Below, piece after piece: positions 17,601 through 26,063 of a stretch of 48,720 nt of DNA; the first letter of the stretch is position 1, and the number at the start of each line of letters is the position of its first letter. The DNA is from an uncultured Phycisphaeraceae bacterium (GTDB lineage: Bacteria; Planctomycetota; Phycisphaerae; Phycisphaerales; UBA1924), in assembly GCA_964399525.1 (NCBI GenBank), contig CAYNRF010000001.1, forward strand, positions 2,125 to 50,844, given 5' to 3'. The position numbers were made by a program, and so were the translations under genes. Under the pieces are notes generated by a model, which ran no database searches, was not told the DNA's origin, and was given only the letters and a program-made list of their open reading frames with translations.

Positions 17601-17685
17601 GATCGCGGGTGAGGGGTGGCGGGATGGGGCGTCGGTGCGGGTGGAAGTGCGGCCGTTTGAGATTGTGACGTTGTTGGCGGAGTGA
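14680..17685 (+). CDS. GH38 alpha-mannosidase
   Basis: 1001 aa. AHAHIDTAWLW catalytic-region motif, PDTFGF, and a long C-terminal GH38 beta-domain. GGAG lies 6 nt upstream of the ATG. Confidence 0.92.
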   Translation: MKVDAQIFRPRFETLCREVIGPAIYPDAERLAVGAWGTDERFAIGKARAARFEPVALPHAWGPAWSTAWFKLTGKVPERFAGRAVHLRFDPGTEATVWVGNDPVRGLDENRDSVDLGLVNVDNSAGASVEVLVEAACNHPFGDQVFTWDSRERGEKWRSATPGLVSRAELAVFDETVWRLHRRMLFATQLLAELEPESVRAQDLYACLRHAADAVDDADVAGSAAGALRTLNEGLGRSAGGSTPRLVCVAHAHIDTAWLWTLAETRRKVVRSWTNTLDLMDRDPALHFMCSQPQQYKWLESDAPAVFERIRKRAAEGRWEPVGSMWVEPDALVPSGESLMRQMLYGVRYFESRFGEHGRQRMVYLPDTFGFPACLPSIMRACGADVFITNKISWNQANTFPHTSFRWRGMDGSEVLAHNTPGGDYNATLTPKELRKATANVRGRDAAGLAGPAVALQPFGFGDGGGGPTADMLERAHAAADCEGLPRAELGSVAGFLDALKQEDERAGGLPAWSGPLDLELHRGVLTTHAWLKRANRAAERELRVAELLACGSAAPAAATQEKLDEAWERTLLNQFHDILPGSSIGPVYEDARRDHAEISAIAAEVQSGAVVPGGETFVLNAATDGRRVVVEDGGTLRLVEAAAFGLHPMQEVRPAHPVRVEGARITNGLVSFEVDEAGRLGHLAHAGGVDLAAERPLNELRLYRDRPMNWDAWDIDLDYERNLAWTNDAPAKVEILRADALRAEVRVTHRMGSSAYTQVFRLDADSPVVEVLTQIDWRERHRMLRVESTPPVSCERVTVGTQFGFVSRPTHRNTSWDRFAFEFACHRWMDAAQPGRGLAVLSDALYGRSAHGRTLGLSLLRSPTHPDPQADQGANTLRYGFLPHAGDWRAADVDRHAEAFGEPARVIRAGSGIAPVTVRCEQGGRVEIAAFKRAADGPGRVLRIVETRGMHTGVDVAFASASRLRRVDGLERAIAGEGWRDGASVRVEVRPFEIVTLLAE

Positions 17686-17691
17686 GCGGCT

Positions 17692-17728
17692 CGGCCCTGC
17701 GGGCCGACGGGGGGCTGAAAGCCCCCCG
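17692..17728. terminator. Two tandem GC hairpins between convergent genes (no U-tract)
   Basis: CGGCCC-TGC-GGGCCG (17692-17706) and CGGGGGGCT-GAA-AGCCCCCCG (17708-17728), between the GH38 stop (17685) and the oxidoreductase stop (17737). Confidence 0.4.
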
Positions 17729-17736
17729 CTCCGAGG

Positions 17737-19404
17737 TCAGTTGTCCCATGGCCATTGGGTGGGCATGGATTGGTCCTCGGCCGCGGCGCGGAGGGCAGCG
17801 GTCGCGTCTGCGTCGTCGCAGATCGCGTGCGGCTCCGTCGCGTTGGTGACGCAGCGGGCCGCGGTCAGTCCGGCGGCTTCGCCGATGGCCCACTCGACCG
17901 GGTGCAGGCGGGTGCAGCCGTTGGCCACGTGGGAGACGCCCAGGGCCTTGCCGGCGCTGAGCAGGTTGCGGACACGCACGGGGACCAGCGCGCCCAGCGG
18001 GATCTGGAACGGGCACGCGGGCACATAGACGTTGTTGCGGCCCGCGGCGGACGGGTGCAGGTCGATCGGGTAATGACCGATGCCGATCGAATCCGTGAAG
18101 GACGCGCCGGCGCCGTAGCGGGTGACGTCCTGGTTCGGTCGGCCGTCGCGTTTGCGTTGCTCGGTGCCGACATGGACCTCGGTGAGCATGGTGCGGGCGC
18201 GGAGGCGGCGCGGTTCGCGGATGTAGGCGGCCATGGCGAAGCCGTCGGGCGTGCCGAGTTCGTCGCCGCGGAGTTTGAGCCCGGGATACCCGGTTCCGCC
18301 GTCATGGCGGGGCGCGTCGGTCTGCATCCAGTAGACGAGGCAGCGGGACTGTTCGCGGGCGGCTTCGCAGGCCTGGGCGCGGTCGGCTTTGGTCACGCCC
18401 AGCAGCGGGTGCAGCCAGTGGTCCATTTGGACCCAGTTGACGAGGCAGACGTCGGGGAACTGGGCCGCCTGGGCTTCGGTGTAGGCCGCGTGATCGACGA
18501 TGCGTCGATACCGCCAGAGTTCCCACTGGCCCTGCTCGGGCTCGTCGGGCCAGGGGACCATCGGCAGGTGGCGGCCCTCACGCCCGGTGTGGGTGGGCAC
18601 GGTCCAGCTGAACAAGGGGCCGGTCCACGGCGGGGCCATCTCCGGCACGAAGGAGCGCCAGAAGTCGTAGTCGGACGGCCGGGCAATGGTGTGGTTCTCG
18701 CCCGGGCGGTGTTCGAGCGCGAAGCACCAGGAGAAAGCCTGCTGGTCGCGTTCGTCGCATTCGACCCCCGCGCGGAGGTCGGTGCGGGCGTGGTGCTCGC
18801 CGAAGACGTGCTGGCCCTCGGCGCCGATGAGCGATTCGATACCGCCGAGGTCGAGGACGTCGCCGAGGTCGGTCGCATCGAGGACGAAGTCGGCCTCCAC
18901 GGTCAGTTCCTCGCCGCCGGGACGGACGAAGGTGACGGCGGTGATGCGGTCGGCGTGGGTGTGGACCCGGTGCAGATCCCAGCCGGTGCGCAGATCGATC
19001 AGGCCGCGGACGTGCGGCTCGGAGAGCATGTCGCGGAGGACGCGTTCGATGACGCGGGGCTCGGCGCAGAGGCGACTGACCCAGCCGCGGCCGGGGTTCA
19101 TGCGCGGATGGTCGCGGACCTCGGGAATCAGCGGGCGGCTGGCGCGGTACCAGGCGCGGACCTGCTCGCGCATGGCGGCGTAGGACCCGGTGCAGCCGCG
19201 GAAGCCGGCGGGGGCGCCCGGTCCGTCGCCTTCGACCCAGGGGTTTTCGTCGGGCGGGACTGCCTGGGCGGTGAGCTGGCCGCCGATCCAGGCGGTGGGT
19301 TCGACGACGACGCAACGGACGCCGTTGCGGGCGCAGGCAAGGGCGGCGGGGACACCGCCGCAGGTGGCGCCGACGATCAGGACCGGGGTGCGGATGGTGT
19401 CCAA
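17737..19404 (-). CDS. FAD-dependent oxidoreductase (FAD_oxidored/PF12831-like)
   Basis: 555 aa. N-terminal dinucleotide-binding motif is VLIVGATCGGVPAALACARNG. It is the last gene of the CUT1 ABC operon, 7 nt after the permease stop. Confidence 0.85.
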   Translation of the reverse strand: MDTIRTPVLIVGATCGGVPAALACARNGVRCVVVEPTAWIGGQLTAQAVPPDENPWVEGDGPGAPAGFRGCTGSYAAMREQVRAWYRASRPLIPEVRDHPRMNPGRGWVSRLCAEPRVIERVLRDMLSEPHVRGLIDLRTGWDLHRVHTHADRITAVTFVRPGGEELTVEADFVLDATDLGDVLDLGGIESLIGAEGQHVFGEHHARTDLRAGVECDERDQQAFSWCFALEHRPGENHTIARPSDYDFWRSFVPEMAPPWTGPLFSWTVPTHTGREGRHLPMVPWPDEPEQGQWELWRYRRIVDHAAYTEAQAAQFPDVCLVNWVQMDHWLHPLLGVTKADRAQACEAAREQSRCLVYWMQTDAPRHDGGTGYPGLKLRGDELGTPDGFAMAAYIREPRRLRARTMLTEVHVGTEQRKRDGRPNQDVTRYGAGASFTDSIGIGHYPIDLHPSAAGRNNVYVPACPFQIPLGALVPVRVRNLLSAGKALGVSHVANGCTRLHPVEWAIGEAAGLTAARCVTNATEPHAICDDADATAALRAAAEDQSMPTQWPWDN

Positions 19405-19411
19405 GGGGGAA

Positions 19412-20233
19412 TCAGCCTTTCACCGCGCCGCCGAAGAGTTCGGGCTTGAGCCAGCGCTGGACCGCGAGGAAGAAGACGATGATGGGCACGATGGCCAGAA
19501 CGGACGCGGCGTAGGCCACGCGGGGATTCGTGGCGAAGACGCCGAGCATGCGGTTGATGGCCACGGGCAGCGTGAACTTGTCCTCGCTCTGCAGGATGAT
19601 CAGCGGCCAGAGCAGGTCCGACCACGCGCCGATGACGCTGAACAGCGCGAGCAGGGCCAGCGACGGCATCGCCAGCGGCAGCATGACCGACCACCAGATC
19701 CGCAGCGAGCCCGCCCCGTCGATCCAGGCGGCTTCCTCGAGATCGCGGGGGATGGCCAGGAAGGCCTGGCGGCAGAGAAAGATGCCGAAGGCCGACACCG
19801 AGAACGGGATCACCGCCCCGGCCAGCGAGTCGTAGAGACCAAGCCCGGCGGCGATCTTGAACATCGGGACCACGATCACCTGCTCGGGGATCATGGTGGT
19901 GGCCAGCACCAGGACAAAGACGATGTCGCGGCCGCGGAAGCTGAGCCGGGCGAGGGGGTACGCGGCCAGGGCGGCCAGAAGCACGTTGAACCCGGCGCGG
20001 GCGAGTGTGACAAGCACCGAGTTGAAGGCGGCCAGGCCCAGCCCGCCCTCGCGGATGGCCTCTTCGAAGTTCTGCGTCGTCCACGGGCCGCTGAGGGTGT
20101 TGAGTTCGGCCTCGGTCGACTGGAAGGCGCCCACGACCAGCCAGATGGCCGGGCCGATCGCGAGCGTGACGAACAGGATCGCGGCGATCCAGGCGGTCAG
20201 GGTCCAGCCGGGGGCGCGTGCGGAAGTGTTCAC
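19412..20233 (-). CDS. Carbohydrate ABC transporter permease (MalG/CUT1 type)
   Basis: 273 aa from GTG 20233 (VNTSARAPGWTLTAW...). EAA loop is LEEAAWIDGAGSLRIWWSVMLPLAMP. The GTG overlaps the TGA of the upstream permease (GTGA). Tracked ORF 19412-21379 is an overrun. Confidence 0.88.
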   Translation of the reverse strand: MNTSARAPGWTLTAWIAAILFVTLAIGPAIWLVVGAFQSTEAELNTLSGPWTTQNFEEAIREGGLGLAAFNSVLVTLARAGFNVLLAALAAYPLARLSFRGRDIVFVLVLATTMIPEQVIVVPMFKIAAGLGLYDSLAGAVIPFSVSAFGIFLCRQAFLAIPRDLEEAAWIDGAGSLRIWWSVMLPLAMPSLALLALFSVIGAWSDLLWPLIILQSEDKFTLPVAINRMLGVFATNPRVAYAASVLAIVPIIVFFLAVQRWLKPELFGGAVKG

Positions 20234-21114
20234 GCGGCCTCCTTCCGGCCCGCGGAGAGGCGCAGGTTGATCAGACTGAAGACGAGGATGATGACGAAGA
20301 GCACCACGCCGGCGGCGCAGGCCGCGCCGAAGGCGCCCTGCTCGAAGGCGAGGTCGTAGATGTAGGGCACGGCGGTCTGCTGATCGACGGGCACCCCGCG
20401 GACGGTGACGAACAGCTCGTCGAAGACCTTCAGGGCCGAAATGGAGGAGATGACCGCGATCAGGGCGATGGTGGGGCGGAGGCTGGGCAGGGTGACGTGC
20501 ACGAAGGTGCCCCAGGGGCCCGCGCCGTCGATGGCGGCGGCCTCCTTGGTGGAGGAGGGAACCTGCATCAGACCCGCCAGGAAAATCATCATGTAGAAAC
20601 CGAAGCCCTTCCACGCCGTCACCATCATGGCGCTGATCAGCGTGAAGGGGTGCTCGGTGAGCCAGCGCACGCCGGTGGCGCCCGTCCATCCGAAGAGGGC
20701 AATGAGGGCCTGGTTCAGAAGTCCGTTGTCCTCGCTGAGCATCAGCCGCCAGGCGATGGCCGCGACGATCGTCGGGGTGACGACGGGAAGGAACAGGAGC
20801 ACCCGCAGCGGTTTTCCGGCCCGGATGCCCGAGTCGATCACCAGCGCCGCCGCGAGCGAGAGCACGATCAGCGCCGGGGTGACCAGCAGGTAAATGAATG
20901 AGTTGGCGATCGCCCTCCAGAACACGCGGTCCGAGAGCAGCGCGGCGTAGTTGTCGAACCCGACGAACTCGGGCGCGGAGAAGGCCGAGTAGCGGGTGAA
21001 CGAGTAGGAGACGACCTGCACGGCCGAGCCGAGGAAGAACACGCCGAGCACCAGCAGGGCCGGCGCGAGGAACAGCCACGGGGTCAGCGGCCGGTGGGCC
21101 CGCAGGGCGCTCAT
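20230..21114 (-). CDS. Carbohydrate ABC transporter permease (MalF/UgpA, CUT1 type)
   Basis: 294 aa. EAA loop is TKEAAAIDGAGPWGTFVHVTLPSLRP. The start overlaps the SBP stop (21111-21114). Confidence 0.9.
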   Translation of the reverse strand: MSALRAHRPLTPWLFLAPALLVLGVFFLGSAVQVVSYSFTRYSAFSAPEFVGFDNYAALLSDRVFWRAIANSFIYLLVTPALIVLSLAAALVIDSGIRAGKPLRVLLFLPVVTPTIVAAIAWRLMLSEDNGLLNQALIALFGWTGATGVRWLTEHPFTLISAMMVTAWKGFGFYMMIFLAGLMQVPSSTKEAAAIDGAGPWGTFVHVTLPSLRPTIALIAVISSISALKVFDELFVTVRGVPVDQQTAVPYIYDLAFEQGAFGAACAAGVVLFVIILVFSLINLRLSAGRKEAA

Positions 21115-22508
21115 CGGTCAAGCTCCACGGCAACCGGCTCGGGGCGTGGCACGGCGTCGATCGACATGGGCGGGGACCCGGCCCGCGCGCGGGCGAGGTC
21201 GGACTCATCCAGGATCCTGTTCCAGTCGCGCTCGATGTCCTCCAGCACCCGCTCGACGGGGATCTCCGAGAGCAGGGCACGCTTGATGTGCTCGTTGAAC
21301 GAGCGGCGGAGCGTCGGCCAGCACTCGAGGGCGGGGGTGAACGCCACGCCGTCCGCCAGCGCGGTGGCGACGATCGCACGGGCGATGCCGACCTTCTCGA
21401 TGCCCGAGGCGGCCTCTTCCGGGGTCGGCCCGGCGAAGAACGGGTCGGCCAGCGAGGCGGGCGTGCTGGGGAGGATCGGCGCGAGCCGGCAGAAGGCCAG
21501 CTGGTTCTCCGGGCTGGTCAGAAACCACGCCAGCCGCGCGGCCAGGTCCGGGTGACGGGTCCGGGCGCTGACACAGACAGGCATCACGGCGATATGGGCC
21601 CGCCCGAGCGACCCGACGATCGGCTCGGAGACCTCCGTCCGGGCGTAGACCCGGGGCGAGGCGTCCTTGACCCGCCCAAGAAAGTTTGCTCCCGTGTTGA
21701 GCACGCCCACGCGCTCGTCCTGGTACACCTCGATGAGGTGCTCGAACCCGTTCGTCGCGGCCTGGCGCGGCATCGCCCCCGAGCGGTACAGGTCCACCCA
21801 CGCCCGTGTCCACGACACGATGTCCGGGGAGGTCAGACTGGCCCGCAATCGGCCGTCCGCGCTGGTGACGAACGGCACCAGGCCGTCGGCGAGCATCATC
21901 ACGGGCAGCTGCGAGTCCTGCCCGAGCGGCTGGGTGAACAGCGTGGCGCCCGTCCGCTCGAACAGGTCGGCGGCCTGGGCTCGCAGCGTCGGCCAGTCCG
22001 CGGCGACGGTGTCCGGGTCGACGCCCAGTTCCTCGAGCAGCCCCTCGTTGACGATCCGGGACTGGGTGGTCAGGTACCAGGGCAGGGCGTACAGCCCGTC
22101 CGAGAGCCGCCCGACCGAGAGAGCGCCGGCGTGGTAACGGGCCTCCGGGGAGCCCTCGAGCACCCCGCCGAGTTCAAGGAACGCGCCGGCGCCGGCGAAC
22201 CGGGCGAACATCAGGTCCGACAGGTTGATCACATCGGGGGCGCGGTCCGCCGCGGCGGCGGCGATGAACTTGCGCTCCACCGCGCTGAAGGGCACGTCGA
22301 CCCAGAGCACGCGCACGCCCGGGTGCTCCGACTCGAAGGCGTCGATCAGACCTTCCATATACGTGTTGAAGGTCGGGCGGAGCGACAGCGTCCACAGCTC
22401 CAGCGTGATGTCATCCTCGGCACGGTCCGCGCACGATCCCGCCGAGAAAAGCGAGAGGATCAGCATCACGCCGGTCAGGGCGCGGCAGAGCGGGGTCTTC
22501 ATGAGCAC
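21111..22508 (-). CDS. Extracellular solute-binding lipoprotein, family 1 (CUT1 sugar ABC)
   Basis: 465 aa. Lipobox is LSLFSAGSC. ITLELWT...MEGLIDAFESEHPGVRV..VDVPF is the typical SBP_bac_1 N-terminus. Confidence 0.9.
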   Translation of the reverse strand: MLMKTPLCRALTGVMLILSLFSAGSCADRAEDDITLELWTLSLRPTFNTYMEGLIDAFESEHPGVRVLWVDVPFSAVERKFIAAAAADRAPDVINLSDLMFARFAGAGAFLELGGVLEGSPEARYHAGALSVGRLSDGLYALPWYLTTQSRIVNEGLLEELGVDPDTVAADWPTLRAQAADLFERTGATLFTQPLGQDSQLPVMMLADGLVPFVTSADGRLRASLTSPDIVSWTRAWVDLYRSGAMPRQAATNGFEHLIEVYQDERVGVLNTGANFLGRVKDASPRVYARTEVSEPIVGSLGRAHIAVMPVCVSARTRHPDLAARLAWFLTSPENQLAFCRLAPILPSTPASLADPFFAGPTPEEAASGIEKVGIARAIVATALADGVAFTPALECWPTLRRSFNEHIKRALLSEIPVERVLEDIERDWNRILDESDLARARAGSPPMSIDAVPRPEPVAVELDR

Positions 22509-22541
22509 AGCATCCCCGGAGAGCGGGCGGAACGCAACCGA

Positions 22542-23528
22542 TCAGCCCCCGTTGTTCGGCTCTTCCTCGTCCAGGCGCCGGTCTGCATTCGACCAGATGG
22601 CCTTGAAGGTGCTCAGGCCGGTGTTCTGGTTGAACAGCTCCTGCGCATCGATGGACTCGACGTGATTGTCGACGAACACGAAGTTGGCCCGCCCCTTGAG
22701 GCCGAAGGGCTGATCGCTCCTCCGCGGGTGGCGGTAATAGGGCAGGTAGGACTGCGGGGTGGGCCGGGCGCCGCTGCCGCGGTCGTACGAGCCCGCCTCG
22801 GGGGCGCGGAGATCGCGGGTGCCGAACGCGTTGCCGGGGAAGTCGTTGACGCCCTGACCGCCGCCGAAGCGCTCGCCCGGACGGCCCTGGGCGCCGACGG
22901 CCGAGTTGGTGAACCAACGCCATTCGCCGTTGATCTGGACGCCCGAGACGCCCCAGGCCTCGGTCAGCAGGAAGGTCTTGCCCGGCTCGTTGGCCGTGGT
23001 GTCCGTGAAGCCGACCCCGCCCGTGCCGGTGCTGAAGTTGGCCGTGTTGATGCGGTTGTAGCGGTGGGTGCGGTAGTCGCTGGCCGTGCTCCCGGGGGCG
23101 AGTGAGATGCCGGCGGAGGCGTAGTAGTTCATGGTGTAGGAACGTTCGCCGTCCGGATGGTTCGGGCAGACGAACACGCCGCCGCCCGCTGTCTGCGAGA
23201 TGGGGCTGTTGACGTCGTCGGCCTCGTTGCCGCCGAAGTCGGGCAGGTAGCTGCCGATGCGGGGGCGTTCGAACCAGTACACGCCCGGGTTGCCGTTCTC
23301 GTCCAGGCCCTCGTTGATGTTCGGCGGGAACTTGCCCTTCCAGTCGTTGGCGTACAGGATAAGCGCCTGTCCCAGCGAGCGGACGTTGGTCTGGCAGATC
23401 ACGTCCCGGGCGGTGTCGCGGGCGCGGCCGATGGCCGGCAGCAGGATGCCGATCAGCAGCGCGATGATCGCGATGACCACCAGCAGTTCGATGAGGGTGA
23501 ATGCGTGTCTTGTGCGGCTGCGGATCAT
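22542..23528 (-). CDS. DUF1559 family protein with prepilin-type N-terminal motif
   Basis: 328 aa. N-terminus [38 protein letters not shown]-terminal [15 protein letters not shown] block. The start overlaps the regulator stop (ATGA at 23525-23528). Confidence 0.9.
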   Translation of the reverse strand: MIRSRTRHAFTLIELLVVIAIIALLIGILLPAIGRARDTARDVICQTNVRSLGQALILYANDWKGKFPPNINEGLDENGNPGVYWFERPRIGSYLPDFGGNEADDVNSPISQTAGGGVFVCPNHPDGERSYTMNYYASAGISLAPGSTASDYRTHRYNRINTANFSTGTGGVGFTDTTANEPGKTFLLTEAWGVSGVQINGEWRWFTNSAVGAQGRPGERFGGGQGVNDFPGNAFGTRDLRAPEAGSYDRGSGARPTPQSYLPYYRHPRRSDQPFGLKGRANFVFVDNHVESIDAQELFNQNTGLSTFKAIWSNADRRLDEEEPNNGG

Positions 23529-24682
23529 GCTTTGACTCCTGCGGCGCGACGGGTGGTGACACGGCTTCCCTCTTCCGTGGCACGAGACGTCGATTCGCGG
23601 ATGATAAGTTCGGCGTCGAGCGTGCGACGCGACGGCGGATTCCCGGTTTTGACCTGGGACAGAAGTTCACGGATGGCGGCCTTGCCGACCTCCACGAGCG
23701 GCTGGCGCATGGTGGTCAGCGCGGGCGAGAGATGGACCGCGCTGGGTGGGTCGTCGACGCCCACGAGCGAGACATCGCCGGGGATGCTCAGGCCGGCCCG
23801 GCTGGCGGCGGTGTACATGTTCAGCGCGAAGTAGTACCCCGCGGCGAACACGGCGGTGGGCGCGTCGGGCGCGGACAGCAGCGCGGCCGCCTGGGTCAGC
23901 CCGGTCTCGTCGAGCTGCCAGCCCGGGGAGGACAGCTCCGGGCACGCGTCCGCGTCGAGCCCGAGACGCCGGCAGGCCCGGCGGTAGCCCGCCAGGCGGT
24001 CGATGTTGTTGGTCAGGTCGGTCTGTCCGCCGACGAAGGCGATGCGCCTGTGCCCGAGGTCGAAGAGGTGGCGCACCGCCGACTCGGCCAGCGCCACGTT
24101 GTCGGTATCGACGCACCCGATGGTCGGCACATCGGTCCGCGCGCCGACCACCATGGTCGGCTGCCGTCCCATGTCGTTGAGCGTCGGGCGCCGGCCGAAC
24201 CTGGGCGAGTGATCCAGCTGGGTCTTGTAGGGGTTGACGTAGAGGTATCCCTGGCACTCGTTGCGCCAGTCTTCCCCGTAGCGGAGCAGCACGATATCGG
24301 CGCCGATCTCCTCGGCCCCGCGGCGCACGCCCTCCATGATCTGTCCGTGGTACGAGTCGGCCAGCGACGCCTCGGTGTGGAACACGATCCCCACCCGCAT
24401 GGTCGAAGTCCGGTGCGAGGGCTCGGCGTAGGACTCGTGCACGAACGTGCCGCGCCCCTGCCCGCGACGCAGTACGCCGGCGGCGACCAGTTCCTGCAGG
24501 GCCCGGTGCACGGTGACGAGCGATACTTCGAGCGTGTCGGACAGAGCCTTGGTGCTGGGGATGCGCTCGCCGGGCCCGAAGACCCCGCGGTCGACCGCGT
24601 CGCGCACGGCATCCCGGACGAGTTCGTAGAGCGGGCGTCCTGGCTCTCCCCGAACGGGTTGCAACTCGGGTCTGGTCGTCAT
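23525..24682 (-). CDS. AraR-type transcriptional regulator (GntR winged-helix N-terminus plus LacI/PBP1 sugar-binding domain)
   Basis: 385 aa. The HTH is [65 protein letters not shown]. The C-terminal part has the periplasmic-binding-protein-like I fold pattern ([19 protein letters not shown]). Confidence 0.88.
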   Translation of the reverse strand: MTTRPELQPVRGEPGRPLYELVRDAVRDAVDRGVFGPGERIPSTKALSDTLEVSLVTVHRALQELVAAGVLRRGQGRGTFVHESYAEPSHRTSTMRVGIVFHTEASLADSYHGQIMEGVRRGAEEIGADIVLLRYGEDWRNECQGYLYVNPYKTQLDHSPRFGRRPTLNDMGRQPTMVVGARTDVPTIGCVDTDNVALAESAVRHLFDLGHRRIAFVGGQTDLTNNIDRLAGYRRACRRLGLDADACPELSSPGWQLDETGLTQAAALLSAPDAPTAVFAAGYYFALNMYTAASRAGLSIPGDVSLVGVDDPPSAVHLSPALTTMRQPLVEVGKAAIRELLSQVKTGNPPSRRTLDAELIIRESTSRATEEGSRVTTRRAAGVKA

Positions 24683-24687
24683 GAACT

Positions 24688-24715
24688 CCGGATCGGGCCG
24701 TCGGGCCCGATCCGG
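24688..24715 (-). terminator. Perfect 12-bp GC hairpin after the PEP-CTERM gene, abutting the regulator start
   Basis: On the minus strand: CCGGATCGGGCC-cgac-GGCCCGATCCGG, then AGTT, then ATG (24682). There is no U-tract. The 3' arm contributes the only GGAG near the start codon. Confidence 0.45.
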
Positions 24716-24731
24716 CGAAAAGTCGGAGATA

Positions 24732-25793
24732 TCAGCGGCGACGGCGGGCGGCCATCAGACCGGCCAGGCCCAGCAGGCCGGCGGCGCCGGGGGCGGGGAC
24801 CTGGAAGATGTGGACGTTGCGGTTGGCGAAGTCGAGCACGGCCAGGGTGCCGGAGGCGGCATCCCAGGAGAAGTCGTACCAGCCGTTGCCGTCGGCGAGC
24901 GTCCCGCCGCCGATCAGGTCGAGCGACAGCGAGAGGCTGTTGCCGTTCAGATCCGTGACCTTCAGGACGTTGGCGGCGGACTGACCGAGGCCGTTGCCGG
25001 TGCGATCGTTCCAGATCACGAAGTCACCGAAGGCGGAGTTGTCGACGTAGGCGACGTTCTGGCCGGCGATGAAGGCGCCGTTCTCGTTGTTCTCAACGAG
25101 CAGCGTCGCGACGCCGGAGTTCGCGCCGGTGCGGGTCAGCAGGGTGACGTCGTTGGACCGACGGGCCACCATGTTGCCGTTGGCGGCGAAGTCCATGTCA
25201 CGCCAGAACGAGCCCTGGAAGTCGGGGGTGATGATCATGCCGTTCTCGGGGGCCGAGTTGCCGAACACGTCGGCGCCGGTCTCGGTGTCCTGCAGGAAGC
25301 GGCGTCCCTGGCCGAAGGTGGTCCACGCCACGCCGGTGCCCTGGCCCTGGAAGCCCGAGTCGAACCCGACGCCGGAGCCGCCGCGGATGTTCTTGGCCCA
25401 CAGCACGCCGTTGGTGGTGGTGTCGAACACCTGCAGACCCTGGGCGTCGGCCGCGCCATCGTCGTAGGCGGCGGCGAGGCGGTTGCCGGAGATGTCCAGG
25501 CCGGAGAAGCCGCGGGCGCCGGGGGTGCCGGAGATGAACTGCATCAGCTCGAAGCTGCCGTTGGAGTAGCGGGCCACGCCCGTGCCGGTCGCGGCGGCGC
25601 CGTTGAACCCGGCGGCGAAGAGGTCGGTGCCGTTCCAGGCGATGGCCGACACGTTGGTGCCGATGAACGTCGAGCTCTGGTCGTTGTTCAGCGCGAACAG
25701 GTCGATCCGCTGGATCTCCCGCATGCTGATCTGGGCCGAGGCCGTCCCGGCGATCCCGGCGAGCAACAGAATGCCGATCATGGTGTTCTTCAT
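24732..25793 (-). CDS. Secreted protein with PEP-CTERM sorting signal; paralogue of the CDS at 37325-38680
   Basis: 353 aa from ATG 25793 (MKNTMIGILLLAGIAGTASAQ), with GGAGAG upstream. The C-terminus VPAPGAAGLLGLAGLMAARRRR gives the PEP-like motif, a TM helix and a basic tail. Tracked ORF 24732-26045 overruns the start. Confidence 0.85.
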   Translation of the reverse strand: MKNTMIGILLLAGIAGTASAQISMREIQRIDLFALNNDQSSTFIGTNVSAIAWNGTDLFAAGFNGAAATGTGVARYSNGSFELMQFISGTPGARGFSGLDISGNRLAAAYDDGAADAQGLQVFDTTTNGVLWAKNIRGGSGVGFDSGFQGQGTGVAWTTFGQGRRFLQDTETGADVFGNSAPENGMIITPDFQGSFWRDMDFAANGNMVARRSNDVTLLTRTGANSGVATLLVENNENGAFIAGQNVAYVDNSAFGDFVIWNDRTGNGLGQSAANVLKVTDLNGNSLSLSLDLIGGGTLADGNGWYDFSWDAASGTLAVLDFANRNVHIFQVPAPGAAGLLGLAGLMAARRRR

Positions 25794-25920
25794 CTCATCT
25801 CTCCAAATCGATGTGCGAGACCATCCCTCACAATGGGTGCAGAGCATCCGGGCCTCGTCGGCTGCTCTCCGATCCTCATCTACGAAAACCGCGCGAGCGG
25901 GGTCGCGGGCCAAGAGGACC

Positions 25921-25940
25921 ACTAATATTCTATAACAATC
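25921..25940 (-). promoter_or_regulatory. AT-only motif (minus strand GTTATAGAATATTAG), candidate promoter -10 for the PEP-CTERM gene
   Basis: It shares the 12-mer TTATAGAATATT with 14647-14658. On the minus strand the arrangement is TTGTGC-N18-TAGAAT. It lies about 130 nt upstream of ATG 25793. Confidence 0.4.
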
Positions 25941-26063
25941 CGGGATGGTTGCACAAGAGCCTTCCCGACTTCGTGAGGGAAAATCTCGGCCGAGGCGAGT
26001 GAAAGTACTTTCTTTGTCCCGGCAGGCACGACCCGGGGGCTTCACGGACCTCCGGGCGTCACC

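Noticed and set aside
19412-21379. 655-aa tracked ORF that suggests one giant permease.
   Set aside because: Only the last 273 codons (from GTG 20233) look like a MalG-type permease. The upstream part overlaps the MalF-type gene (20230-21114) in another frame and is Arg/Pro-rich shadow sequence. The same overrun logic moved four other starts: 27154-28887 to 28182, 28179-29378 to about 29015, 38740-40587 to 40401, and 24732-26045 to 25793.
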